Shown piece by piece: positions 1-9,800 of a stretch of DNA of 64,000 bases (the stretch's first letter is position 1; every line of letters starts with the position of its first letter). The stretch lies in assembly GCA_963925735.1 (NCBI GenBank), contig CAWUUH010000010.1, forward strand, positions 12,856 to 76,855, written 5' to 3'. A model generated the notes under the pieces. It searched no databases. It was not told where the DNA came from and saw only the letters and a program-made list of their open reading frames with translations. The stretch comes from an uncultured Pseudomonadales bacterium. GTDB lineage: Bacteria; Pseudomonadota; Gammaproteobacteria; Pseudomonadales; Azotimanducaceae. The position numbers and the translations under genes were made by a program.

Positions 1-2
1 AT

Positions 3-1133
3 TTGAACGGCTATTTCGAGGCGGTCATGGGCAAGCAACCGGGAATCAACAATATGATGCTGGTGGGCCATAACACGGTGCGCGCCATCGTCATGGGCAT
101 GGCAAAGCGCGCGCCCACTCAGGCGGAATTACAGCATATGTATGGCCTGGTTGAGCAGGCCATGGAGCAAGGTGCCTGCGGCTTCTCCACCGGACTGATA
201 TACACCCCGGGAAAGTGGAGCCAGACCGAGGAAATCATTACCCTGGCACGGGCGGCGAAAACCACGGGTGCCCTGTATACCACCCATATGCGCAACGAAG
301 GTGACCGTCTGCTGGAAGCCATCGATGAGAGCCTGACCATCGGTCTTGAAAGTGATGTGCATGTCCACATTTCCCACCACAAATCAGCCGGCAAACAAAA
401 CTGGGGCAAGATCAAGGATTCCCTCGCCAAAATTGACGCTGCACTGGGTCGTGGTCAGCGAGTCACCCTTGATGTTTATCCCTATACCGCGGGTAGCGGC
501 CGGATGATCGAGTACTTCAACCTGGAAAATATTAATCGGGATTTCGCTGAGGTGATTCGAATCGCGAGCTGCCCGCCATTCAGAGACTATGAAGGCCGTA
601 TGCTGATCGACATCGCCTCAGAACAGGCCATCGACATCACCGATTTGGTACGCACGATTCTGACAGCACCGAAAGGCGAGCGGACTATTTGCATTCATTT
701 CATCATCGACGAAGAAGATATTGCGACCAATCTGCGCCACGCCGACATGATGGTGGGCTCTGACGGCATCCCGGATCTACGCGGCCGCCCCCATCCACGC
801 CTCTTCGGCACCTTCCCTAGAGTGTTAGGTAAGTACGTTAGAGAAGACGGCGTCTTGTCTTTGCCTGAGGCTGTACGTCGAATGACATCGCTGTCGGCAC
901 AGACCTTTGGTTTGGTGGAACGGGGCAAAATCAAGGAAGGCTACTGGGCCGACCTGGTACTGTTTGACCCCGACATTGTGATCGACAAAGCGACCTACGA
1001 CGATCCGAAGCAGGAACCCATCGGCATCAGCACCGTCATCGTTAACGGCCAGGTAGCGCTGAATAACGGCCAACACACGGGCGTTGGCAGCGGCAAAATG
1101 CTGCGCTACCGACGCACCGCTTACGGCGAATAA
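3..1133 (+). CDS. N-acyl-D-amino-acid deacylase (D-aminoacylase family amidohydrolase), C-terminal part; 5' end outside window
   Basis: ORF is open to the window edge. Motifs GFSTGLIYTPG, THMRNEG, HISHHK, MVGSDG and HPRLFGTFPRVLG are typical of D-aminoacylases. Confidence 0.8.
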   Translation: MNGYFEAVMGKQPGINNMMLVGHNTVRAIVMGMAKRAPTQAELQHMYGLVEQAMEQGACGFSTGLIYTPGKWSQTEEIITLARAAKTTGALYTTHMRNEGDRLLEAIDESLTIGLESDVHVHISHHKSAGKQNWGKIKDSLAKIDAALGRGQRVTLDVYPYTAGSGRMIEYFNLENINRDFAEVIRIASCPPFRDYEGRMLIDIASEQAIDITDLVRTILTAPKGERTICIHFIIDEEDIATNLRHADMMVGSDGIPDLRGRPHPRLFGTFPRVLGKYVREDGVLSLPEAVRRMTSLSAQTFGLVERGKIKEGYWADLVLFDPDIVIDKATYDDPKQEPIGISTVIVNGQVALNNGQHTGVGSGKMLRYRRTAYGE

Positions 1134-1191
1134 CTAGCTGTGAACTGAAAAAAACAACTGAATTAACATCAATGATAACTCAGCTGAGTTG

Positions 1192-3012
1192 CTATGCGGC
1201 CGTGTAAACTTGTCGGCCGCCCATCCAGGTTTCAAGGACTTTTATCTGGCTAATATGATCCTGATTAACCAACCGCGGGTCTTCATCGAGAATCACGAAA
1301 TCCGCAAATTTACCGACCTCGAGACTACCCACCTCATGGTCTGAGTGACATTGCCATGCCGCATCTCGAGTCATGGCGCGCAACGCCACGTCAACGGAAA
1401 TGCACTCATCCGCGGCCAATATAGTCAGCGGCTCCTTCCACATTTTCCTGGTCACGGCATTTTCAATACAACGCAACGGGCCCATTTCCGTGACAGGTTC
1501 ATCTGAGTGCAGCGTCCAACGGATACCCTTATCCTCACAGGCCTTGGTGCGATCGAGCAGCGTCGCCTTGATCTCGCCAAAGACCTTATCCCGCATCGCC
1601 TGTCCCCAGTAATACACATGGCCAATAAGAAAACTCGGCGACAGATTCATTTTCGCAATTCGATCAATTTGTTCATCATGTAAAATCGAGCAGTGTTCAA
1701 TTCGGCAGGGGGTATTGGTCATCAAACCCTTGTTCCAGGCTGACTCATAGGCGTCTAAGGTGTTGTCAATTGCCTGATCGCCATTAGCATGAATCACCAC
1801 GGCCCAGCCTCGACGCAGGCGTTCTTCCACCAGGTCCGTCAACGCTTGAGCCTCAACATAGGCCACACCTTTGTGCTCAGAGTGCAGGTAAGGCTCACGC
1901 TGCAAACCGCTGAACCCTTGATTGGAACCATCCGAGACGATCTTCCAACCCACGGCGCGAACCATCTCGTCGCCATCACCACATTGCAAGCCCGACTCAT
2001 CGAAACGCGCTTGCAGCATATAGCTCGGTGAATACCGTAGCCTGGCAGTCATTTTACCTGAGTCTGCCAGGGCCCGGTATAAATCGACCTCACTCACGCC
2101 ACGAGACATGCCCGTCGCCTGATCACAGAAGGTGGTGATGCCCAACGCGTTAGCCTTGGCGCAGACATCAAGGCAGGCGCTTGCCAGGTCATGATCACGT
2201 TGGGCCAGGTTATGGCGAATCACCGAATTCATGACTTTACCGCCTTGCAATACACCATTGAGTTCACCATTGGCATCGCGACCATAGGCCGATGTGGCAT
2301 CATCTGGCGAATTACGATGAATGCCAGCGACCTCGAAGGCCTTGCTGTTGCAGTAAGCAAAATGCAGAGAGGCGTTGTAGACATAAATCGGCTGAGTGGT
2401 GGACACACTATCCAACATATCCCGGGTCAAGGTGTCGGCGCCTTCCTGCAGCGACGGGTCAAATTGGCGCCCCATGATCCAGTCATCAGGGCCCGCGGCA
2501 TCGGCCAGTTGTCTGAGCCGGCCAAGAGCGCCCTCCACCGTCGGGTATCGAAACGGTCCCACATCTTCAAACTGACCCAGCGTCGCCACAGGTAAAAAAT
2601 GAAAGTGCGGTTCAATAAAGCCCGGCAGCAATAACTTGCCCTGACAATCGATCACCTGCGCCGTGTCATCCACTTGACTCACAATAGTCGCTTTCGAACC
2701 AACTGCGACAATTTTGCCGTCTTTAATAGCCATGGCATCGGCCTCATTGCCACCGTCGTCCATGGTAAGAATTTTGGCATTGATAAACACTTGGGTATGG
2801 GTTGCGACTTCGGGCAAGTCGCGGCCTCGGGATCGCCAGTGATCAGCATCTCGAAGCTGTAAATCCGTGACCGTCATCACCGATTGCATCGTTGCAAATA
2901 CCGGCGAGCAGCAGGCGCAAGCGGCCTGTTCATGCTCATGTTGATGGGGTTTCCCCGAGTGTTCGCAGGCCGCCTGGTTAGAGCCAAAGGATAATTGCGC
3001 GTCTTCAAACAT
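1192..3012 (-). CDS. Amidohydrolase-3 (YtcJ-like) metal-dependent hydrolase with Cys/His-rich N-terminal extension
   Basis: Long ORF with PGFIEPHFHF, IHANGD, IEHCS and HSDEP metal-ligand motifs. The track start at 3018 is TTG; the first ATG is at 3012. Confidence 0.8.
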   Translation of the reverse strand: MFEDAQLSFGSNQAACEHSGKPHQHEHEQAACACCSPVFATMQSVMTVTDLQLRDADHWRSRGRDLPEVATHTQVFINAKILTMDDGGNEADAMAIKDGKIVAVGSKATIVSQVDDTAQVIDCQGKLLLPGFIEPHFHFLPVATLGQFEDVGPFRYPTVEGALGRLRQLADAAGPDDWIMGRQFDPSLQEGADTLTRDMLDSVSTTQPIYVYNASLHFAYCNSKAFEVAGIHRNSPDDATSAYGRDANGELNGVLQGGKVMNSVIRHNLAQRDHDLASACLDVCAKANALGITTFCDQATGMSRGVSEVDLYRALADSGKMTARLRYSPSYMLQARFDESGLQCGDGDEMVRAVGWKIVSDGSNQGFSGLQREPYLHSEHKGVAYVEAQALTDLVEERLRRGWAVVIHANGDQAIDNTLDAYESAWNKGLMTNTPCRIEHCSILHDEQIDRIAKMNLSPSFLIGHVYYWGQAMRDKVFGEIKATLLDRTKACEDKGIRWTLHSDEPVTEMGPLRCIENAVTRKMWKEPLTILAADECISVDVALRAMTRDAAWQCHSDHEVGSLEVGKFADFVILDEDPRLVNQDHISQIKVLETWMGGRQVYTAA

Positions 3013-3133
3013 GGCCAATACCTGTATGGGTGATCGAACGGTTGATGTTCTTCGAGTCTACAAAGAGCCTAGACACACCTCAAGTCATTGTTGGCACTGC
3101 CGTCGGCAAGTGGGCCTGTGCTAATATTCGCTT

Positions 3134-4081
3134 ATGCATAAGCAACCCACCAAAACACCCAGACTAGGTATCGACCTCGGCGGTACCAAGATCGAAGCAA
3201 TCATCATGAATGGTGATGGTCAGATCACTGCTCGAACACGGGTGCCGACGCCAAAAGGCGATTATGCAGCCACCCTGGCCAGCATTGCTGGATTGGTAGA
3301 GGGGCTACAGCATGAATTTGGTCTCGCCGCCAACCTACCTGTAGGTATCGGTACACCCGGTGCAGTCTCATTCGAGACTGGGTTATTAAAAAACTGCAAC
3401 AGTACCTGCCTGAATGGCCAGCCACTGCGCGAAGATCTCGAAGCACTGATGCAACGCCCGGTCAGAATTGCCAATGATGCCGACTGCTTTGCGCTGTCTG
3501 AGGCCAGCGATGGCGCCGCTGCCGGCGCGCACTCGGTGCTGGGCGTGATTCTGGGAACTGGCGTTGGCGGCGGCCTGGTGTATGAAGGCCAGCTATTAAA
3601 GGGTATCAATGCCATCAGCGGCGAATGGGGCCACAACCCCTTATCGTTGCTGGCTTATCAGTCCATGCCCGAAAATGACCTACCCGTTCTTGGTCACCCG
3701 CGCGGTTGCTATTGTGGCCGCAATGACTGCGTAGAGACTTGGCTCGCAGGGCCCGCTTTCGAACAAAGCTATTTGGCTCTCGCCGGCCAACCGCTAAAAG
3801 CGATCGACATCGCCGCGCTCATTGACCGGGGAGATGCTCAAGCAACCGCCCTGTTCCACCAATACTGCAACCTTTTGGCCCTGGCATTATCGACGGTCAT
3901 TAATATCATCGACCCGGCGGTCATTGTCTTGGGCGGTGGTATGTCGAATATCCAGAGACTCTATGAGCTCGTGCCTCACTACCTGCCTCGGTACGTATTT
4001 TCAGATCACGTCAACACTCGCATCAAGCAGGCGGTGCACGGCGACTCCAGCGGTGTGCGCGGGGCTGCATGGCTCTGGTAA
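3134..4081 (+). CDS. ROK-family sugar kinase (NagK/Mak-like N-acetylglucosamine or fructo-kinase)
   Basis: Has the LGIDLGGTKIE ATP-binding start, ANDADCFALSE, GTGVGGG and the zinc motif GCYCGRNDCVE. By eye it is collinear with E. coli NagK. Confidence 0.85.
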   Translation: MHKQPTKTPRLGIDLGGTKIEAIIMNGDGQITARTRVPTPKGDYAATLASIAGLVEGLQHEFGLAANLPVGIGTPGAVSFETGLLKNCNSTCLNGQPLREDLEALMQRPVRIANDADCFALSEASDGAAAGAHSVLGVILGTGVGGGLVYEGQLLKGINAISGEWGHNPLSLLAYQSMPENDLPVLGHPRGCYCGRNDCVETWLAGPAFEQSYLALAGQPLKAIDIAALIDRGDAQATALFHQYCNLLALALSTVINIIDPAVIVLGGGMSNIQRLYELVPHYLPRYVFSDHVNTRIKQAVHGDSSGVRGAAWLW

Positions 4082-4400
4082 GTTCGGTAGCAAAATCGTT
4101 TTCAATCCCATACTCTCTTTCGCAGTTCACACTTCTGGAGTACATAACATCACAACAACGCGCGTAGTAGAAATCAACCGACAGCCCATTGAGCTATTCA
4201 AGATCCTCAAATTTGAAGGCCTGGTAGGCTCTGGCGGCGAGGCTAAGGTGGTCATCCAGGATGGTCAAGTTCGGCTCAATGGTAAGGTTGAAACGCAGAA
4301 GAGTAAAAAAATACTCTCCGGCGACGTCATCGAGTTTCGAGAGGATACGTTGAATATCCTCTTGAAGGCACCGCCACCGGAAACAGACATCAGCGAATAG
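4053..4400 (+). CDS. ybcJ: S4-domain RNA-binding protein (YbcJ-like); start codon uncertain
   Basis: The C-terminal ~75 aa (IELFKILKFEGLVGSGGEAKVVIQDGQVRLNGKVETQKSKKILSGDVIEF) match the YbcJ/S4 fold. The only canonical in-frame start is GTG 4053, which lies inside the ROK gene. GGAG at 4137-4140 precedes ATC at 4149. Confidence 0.6.
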   Translation: MCAGLHGSGKFGSKIVFNPILSFAVHTSGVHNITTTRVVEINRQPIELFKILKFEGLVGSGGEAKVVIQDGQVRLNGKVETQKSKKILSGDVIEFREDTLNILLKAPPPETDISE

Positions 4401-4449
4401 TTTTACCTGGCGCGTCACCCATAAAATCATTGAACGAGCAGATCTCTCT

Positions 4450-5532
4450 ATGAAAGCAGCCGTCTGTCATGCCTTTGGCCAGCCACTGATTATCGAAGAC
4501 ATCAACTTGGCAAATCCTGGCGCCAACGAAGTAGAAGTGGAGGTGAAAGCCTGCGCGATTTGCCATTCCGATATTACTTTTGCCGAGGGCCATTGGGGGG
4601 GTGAACTCCCGGCGGTGTTCGGACATGAAGCCGCAGGGATCGTCTCTCGGGTTGGCCAGGGCGTGACTCAGGTGAAACCAGGCGATCATGTCGTGGTTAC
4701 GCTCATTCGGTATTGTGGTGACTGTCACTATTGCCAACAGGGCAGTCAGGTCATGTGCGAGACTCGCTTTGCGCTGGACGAGCAAGGTCCCATCAGTTCG
4801 ATACGCGGAACACCCATCCAACAGTCCATGCGCACCGGCGCTTTTGCCGAACGGATTGTGGTGCATCATAGCCAGATGGTTAAAGTGCCAAAGTCGCTGC
4901 CCTTTGCCAGTGCTTCCTTACTGGCCTGCGGCGTGATCACGGGCTTTGGCGCAGTGGTTAACTCCGCCGGCGTCAGACCGGGGCAGTCTGTGGCCATAGT
5001 CGGCTGCGGTGGTGTAGGCTTAAACGCGATTCAGGGCGCAGTCCATGCAGGCGCAGCAACGATTATTGCCATTGATCTGACCGAGAGTAAACTCAGTGAC
5101 GCGCGCGCTTTCGGGGCATCACATGGCATCAACTCGACGACTGAGGATGCGGCAGTAAAGGTCAACGAACTCACCGCAGGACGGGGGGTTGACTTTGTTT
5201 TTGTGACTGTCGGCGCACGACCGGTGTTCAACCAGGCATTTAACTACATCTCAAAAAATGGCACCGTGGTTGTGGTAGGCATGCCTCCCACCGGCGTCAT
5301 GGCAGAGTATGACCCGGGTACTTTGGCGGCCTGGAACCAGCGAATCATTGGCTCAAAAATGGGTGAGGCGATCATCTCGCGTGACATTCCGAAATTCGCC
5401 GAAGCTTACCAACGGGGCGAGTTATTACTGGATGAGCTGATATCTAATACCTATCCATTGGCTGAGATCAACAAGGCTATTGCCGAGGTCAAGTCTGGTA
5501 CTGTGAAGCGTAACGTCATTGTCTTTGACTGA
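4450..5532 (+). CDS. Zinc-dependent alcohol dehydrogenase (class III-like MDR family)
   Basis: Has CHSD and GHEAAG catalytic-zinc motifs, the CGDCHYCQ structural-zinc motif and a GCGGVG Rossmann motif. Confidence 0.85.
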   Translation: MKAAVCHAFGQPLIIEDINLANPGANEVEVEVKACAICHSDITFAEGHWGGELPAVFGHEAAGIVSRVGQGVTQVKPGDHVVVTLIRYCGDCHYCQQGSQVMCETRFALDEQGPISSIRGTPIQQSMRTGAFAERIVVHHSQMVKVPKSLPFASASLLACGVITGFGAVVNSAGVRPGQSVAIVGCGGVGLNAIQGAVHAGAATIIAIDLTESKLSDARAFGASHGINSTTEDAAVKVNELTAGRGVDFVFVTVGARPVFNQAFNYISKNGTVVVVGMPPTGVMAEYDPGTLAAWNQRIIGSKMGEAIISRDIPKFAEAYQRGELLLDELISNTYPLAEINKAIAEVKSGTVKRNVIVFD

Positions 5533-5564
5533 ACCTCTCAATCAAGAAGGCATCGGAGATTGTT

Positions 5565-6782
5565 ATGATTATTCAAGATATTAAGACCTGGGTGGTGGGC
5601 AATCCACCGCCACAAACGGGGGGGCGTTATTTCATTTTCGTCAAACTGGTCACTGATGGCGGTGTCGTTGGCTACGGTGAAGCCTACAGCGCTACTTTCG
5701 ATCCGCACCTCACAGCCAAGCTTATAGAAGACGTTGCCGCTCGCTACTTGATTGGCCGTGATCCTCACGACATCGAAACGTTTTTCCGCAACTGCTACTC
5801 ATCCGGATTCTCTCAGCGACCTGACATCTCCATGATGGGCTGCGTATCGGCACTGGAAATTGCCTGCTGGGACATTATCGGCAAGGAAGCGGGTCAACCC
5901 GTCTATAAACTCCTCGGTGGCAGGGTGCATGAAACACTGCGCACTTATACTTATCTTTATCCCCAGTCAGGTAGCGTTTACCCCGATGAAGCAGACGCTA
6001 TTGCTAGTCGGAATGTTTATAACGATCCGGAGATGGCGGCAGCGGCGGCCGTCGCTTGTGTCGAGCAGGGTTTCGATGCAATCAAGTTTGATCCAGCAGG
6101 ACCCTATACTATTTTTGACGGCCACATGCCCCGTCTTGCCGACATTGAGCGCGTGACAGCCATCTGCAGTGCTGTTCGAGATGCAGTGGGCCATCGAGCA
6201 GATATCTTGTTTGGCACCCACGGACAATTTACTGCCGCAGGTGCGCGACGCATGGCACGCGCCATAGAGGCCTTTGACCCCTTATGGTTTGAAGAACCCG
6301 TGCCCCCCGACATGCCGGAGGTAATGGCCGAAGTTGCCCGTTTCACTTCGATTCCCATCGCTACCGGCGAGCGCCTGACGACCCGCTCAGAGTTTGCACG
6401 GGTTATCGCGCTTCGCGCCGCCGCTATTTTGCAACCCAACACAGGACGTTCTGGCGGCATACTGGAAACCAAAAAAATCGCCTCTCACGCCGAAACCTAT
6501 CAAATTCAAATCGCGCCCCATTGTTACTGCGGTCCAATTGTCGGCGCAGCCAACATACAGGTCGCAGCAACATTACCTAATTTTTTGATTCTGGAATCCA
6601 TCAAAACCTGGGATGGTTTTCATGCTGAACTGCTTACGCGCAAGATTGGTTGGCAAGACGGTCACGTCATCATCTCCACGGAACCGGGTTTAGGTGTCGA
6701 ACTGAATGAAGCCGTCTGCGACGCCAACCCCTGGCAAGGTAGCCAACTCCATTTGGAAGCGACAAATACAGTCCTGATATAG
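5565..6782 (+). CDS. Enolase-superfamily (mandelate racemase/muconate lactonizing, galactonate-dehydratase-like) enzyme
   Basis: N-terminal capping domain (GYGEAY), KFDP and FEEP metal-ligand segments, and ATGERL. It starts 33 nt after the ADH gene. Confidence 0.8.
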   Translation: MIIQDIKTWVVGNPPPQTGGRYFIFVKLVTDGGVVGYGEAYSATFDPHLTAKLIEDVAARYLIGRDPHDIETFFRNCYSSGFSQRPDISMMGCVSALEIACWDIIGKEAGQPVYKLLGGRVHETLRTYTYLYPQSGSVYPDEADAIASRNVYNDPEMAAAAAVACVEQGFDAIKFDPAGPYTIFDGHMPRLADIERVTAICSAVRDAVGHRADILFGTHGQFTAAGARRMARAIEAFDPLWFEEPVPPDMPEVMAEVARFTSIPIATGERLTTRSEFARVIALRAAAILQPNTGRSGGILETKKIASHAETYQIQIAPHCYCGPIVGAANIQVAATLPNFLILESIKTWDGFHAELLTRKIGWQDGHVIISTEPGLGVELNEAVCDANPWQGSQLHLEATNTVLI

Positions 6783-6971
6783 CCTTGCAGGGGCACTGCC
6801 TATGACCAGAACCGACCTAATGCGGCGAGTAATTGGCTAAAGTTCACTCATTCAAAAAAGCATCGCCACCGAGCCACATGGCAACTCGAAATGACGCGTA
6901 AACCATGGCTCTTAGATTGGCATTTATGTGTATTATGATGCCTGAGTAAAATCGAGTGAGATTTGTACCCG

Positions 6972-8390
6972 ATGACCGATAACCACGCTGACGATCCACA
7001 ACCTGTGACGACTACGACCAGCGTGGCGACTAAACCCCTGCCCGCACCGACACCAAGAGGTGGATTTACCCGTGGCCCCGTCGGCAAACATTTGGTGCGC
7101 CTAGGCTCATTTATGGCCATGGGCACCGTCACGATGAACATTGCCCAACTCGCCGAAGCCATCTACTTGGGCATGGTTGGCACTGAGGCGCTGGCCGCCA
7201 TGGGTTTCGCCTTTCCGATCACGATTACGCTGTTTGCCTTTGCCGGCGGCATTAGCTCAGGAGCCTCATCGGTGATCGCTCGAGCCATGGGCTCTGGCGA
7301 CAACGAGCGCGTCAAACTATTGGTCACTCACGCGCAGATTATGGCCCTAATCGTCGGTGGCATACTGGGCATGCTGGCGGCGATTTTTGCAGACTCTATT
7401 GTCAGCAGTCTCGGTGCGGAAGGTCTTGTGCTCGAAATGACAACAGCCTACTTGCGAGTTTATATGCTCGGCGTACCCTTCTTCGTGTTGTCGATGGTCG
7501 GTTCCACCCTGTTAAGGGCTACCGGCAGCGCCGCGAGTCCCGGCATTATCATGACCACCGGCTCAGTCATCCAGATACTCCTAGGCCCGGTACTGATCTT
7601 TGGCTGGTTTGGTATGCCGGAAATGGGTATCGCCGGCGCCGCTTGGGCCTATGTCATCTCGCGGTTCTGGAGCATCGCCTTGTACAGCCTCTTATTGTAC
7701 CGATCCCGCATGATGCAACTGTCGCTCACGGGCATATTCAAGTCGTGGGCGGCGATCCTCCATGTAGGCGGCCCAGCAGTCATGAGCGGCCTGGTAATGC
7801 CCGCGTCTATGTTGATTATCACCCGCTTGCTCGCCGGTCATGGACACGAAGTCGTGGCGGGTTACAACGTCGCAACCCGGGTGGAAACCATGGCCCATAT
7901 GATTCTCTGGTCGGCTTCATCCTCGGTAGAACCCTTTATCGGCCAGAACTGGGGGGCCGGTCACATTGACCGAGTGAAACGCGCCCTGTTCCTAACCAAT
8001 TGGTTCAGCCTCGGCTGGGGCCTATTCACCTTCGTGACGATGATGTTAATCGGCGATCTGGTCGTGACCCTCATAGACGACAACCAGGTTGTCCATGAGG
8101 TCGCCACGGCGTTTTTCCTAATTATTCCTTTGAGCATTGGTTTTATGGGTATCATGCAGATTGCCAGCTCAAGTTTTAATGCTCGAGGGCTGCCAATGCC
8201 CGCCCTGGTTATCTCAATCGTTAGAACCGTGATTGTTTACATCCCTCTGGCCATCATCGCCAATACTTATTGGGGCTATGTGGGCATCTTCATGGCAACC
8301 GCAATCACTAATGTCTTGGTGGGCACCGGCGCCTGGTACTGGAATCAGCAATCTGTATTGAAAGCCTCCAATGCAAACGCACCCGGCTAG
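6972..8390 (+). CDS. MATE family efflux transporter
   Basis: Polytopic hydrophobic protein of about 12 TM segments with the duplicated MatE signature. The track start at 6963 is TTG; the ATG is at 6972. Confidence 0.8.
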   Translation: MTDNHADDPQPVTTTTSVATKPLPAPTPRGGFTRGPVGKHLVRLGSFMAMGTVTMNIAQLAEAIYLGMVGTEALAAMGFAFPITITLFAFAGGISSGASSVIARAMGSGDNERVKLLVTHAQIMALIVGGILGMLAAIFADSIVSSLGAEGLVLEMTTAYLRVYMLGVPFFVLSMVGSTLLRATGSAASPGIIMTTGSVIQILLGPVLIFGWFGMPEMGIAGAAWAYVISRFWSIALYSLLLYRSRMMQLSLTGIFKSWAAILHVGGPAVMSGLVMPASMLIITRLLAGHGHEVVAGYNVATRVETMAHMILWSASSSVEPFIGQNWGAGHIDRVKRALFLTNWFSLGWGLFTFVTMMLIGDLVVTLIDDNQVVHEVATAFFLIIPLSIGFMGIMQIASSSFNARGLPMPALVISIVRTVIVYIPLAIIANTYWGYVGIFMATAITNVLVGTGAWYWNQQSVLKASNANAPG

Positions 8391-8551
8391 AAACCTAGAA
8401 CTGTGTCGTGGATGGCGTTAACGATTTTTTTATCCGCTTTCGGCTTAATGCCTAAGTAATTTATTTACACCAAAATTTAATGATGTCGTGCTTACATCCA
8501 AGCAATATCTATTAAGCTTATTCGCATGACGTTATTTACTGGAGTCTACCC

Positions 8552-9163
8552 ATGCCGCAACCGATACAGACGACCACCGAGAACCACTGTGTCGCATTTT
8601 TGGGCAACCGCAACATCGCTCACGGCGCGCTGCGCGACGTCGCACTGGCAGCCAAGCACGCATTTGACAGCAACCCTACAGAGCCGCTGCTGATACTCGA
8701 TTGTCAAACCAGTCGGTTCGTCGATTTGGACTTGATCGGCAGTGTCGCGGCAGTGGCTGAGCGCTATCCTGCGCCACTATCCCCGGAAGCCTCGAGCCGC
8801 AGGTCTGACAGACCAAGACTGGGAGTGGCGGGCAAGGAGGTGACCTTGTTACCGCGACATTGGGAATGGCTTGGAGCGCAACCGGGCGGCGCGTCAGTCG
8901 CCTTGCGCAAACTCGTCGAACAAGCCCGCAAGGTCAATGTAGAGACCGATCAGGCACGCCGCGCGCGAGACTCAACCCACCGCTTTATGACAACCATGGC
9001 TGGCGACCTAGCGGGCTTCGAGGAGGCTACTCGCGCCCTATTTTCTCATGATCAACGTCGATTCAAACTCGAAATAGCGTTGTGGCCGACAGACATTAGG
9101 CTGCATCTTGAGCAAATTTCAACGGCCGGGTTTGATTCAATCAACAGCGACCAAATCCTTTGA
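8552..9163 (+). CDS. Conserved hypothetical protein (DUF2239-like, recognised from memory only)
   Basis: 203-aa ORF preceded by GGAG. The pattern LPRHWEWL..QPGGASVALRKLV resembles the DUF2239 family as I recall it. Confidence 0.55.
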   Translation: MPQPIQTTTENHCVAFLGNRNIAHGALRDVALAAKHAFDSNPTEPLLILDCQTSRFVDLDLIGSVAAVAERYPAPLSPEASSRRSDRPRLGVAGKEVTLLPRHWEWLGAQPGGASVALRKLVEQARKVNVETDQARRARDSTHRFMTTMAGDLAGFEEATRALFSHDQRRFKLEIALWPTDIRLHLEQISTAGFDSINSDQIL

Positions 9164-9293
9164 GTCGCGCTAGTCGGAGCAGCAGATCCAGCTTGACCAG
9201 ACTATCGCGGCTTTAACCTTGACTGCACAACAGGGCATGCCTGCTGCAGCGCCATGTTTGATTTCTCTGAACAGAACAGCGCTAAGCCCGAGA

Positions 9294-9560
9294 TTATAAA
9301 CCCAGGTTGCGCTTAAGGACTTCAGCTGAAGTAATGATACGCGTCGTACGATATAGCTCAGGATGCTTTTCACTATCAGAATAGTCGGTGGGGTCGCCAC
9401 TGGTGGCGCTGACAACCCAAGACGCCTCAGGCCGATGCTCGCCGAGCAACTGACTCACTGACCGTGCGTTGATGCCCAATACCTTAGCCACTGCGCCATA
9501 GGTGCAACGGGTGGTTACCCTATTGAGGTAAACCAAAATTTTATCAACTTTCGCCTGCAT
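9294..9560 (-). CDS. Small winged-helix protein, possibly MGMT/ATL-like DNA-binding fold without catalytic Cys
   Basis: 88-aa ORF. TYGAVAKVLG..ARSVSQLL..WVV resembles the TYG.VA...G..RAV..AL..HRVV pattern of YbaZ/MGMT domains. Confidence 0.4.
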   Translation of the reverse strand: MQAKVDKILVYLNRVTTRCTYGAVAKVLGINARSVSQLLGEHRPEASWVVSATSGDPTDYSDSEKHPELYRTTRIITSAEVLKRNLGL

Positions 9561-9758
9561 GCTTATCTACTCACTAAATAATGTATGAATTGTAAATTCG
9601 GTTTTAAGTTCTACCTGAAGAAACCCTACCGGATCTCTCTAGTTGCTGACCCGATCGGCATCAACACGTTGCCTGGCCACACAGCAAGTGGACATCGCGT
9701 CTCTCATCGGAACTAACTGGAACACTCGGAACGATTCGATCCTGGGCATTAAAGCAAT

Positions 9759-9787
9759 GACGGGTCTGTGGATGAAATCGACCCGTC
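9759..9787 (-). terminator. Hairpin downstream of the RIO kinase gene (candidate terminator)
   Basis: GACGGGTC (9759-9766) pairs with GACCCGTC (9780-9787). The T-tract on the minus strand is only weak. Confidence 0.3.
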
Positions 9788-9800
9788 AATTAGATTGTCA

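Noticed and set aside
3822-4052. Upstream 77 codons of the 192-aa track ORF that contains the S4 domain
   Set aside because: This part lies out of frame inside the well-supported ROK kinase gene and has no motif content. Only the 3' part (S4 domain) is credible.
9170-9415. 81-aa minus-strand ORF overlapping the 88-aa MGMT-like ORF
   Set aside because: It lies in a different frame over the same DNA, gives a hydrophobic low-information translation and has no SD. The 9294-9560 frame has the more protein-like pattern.
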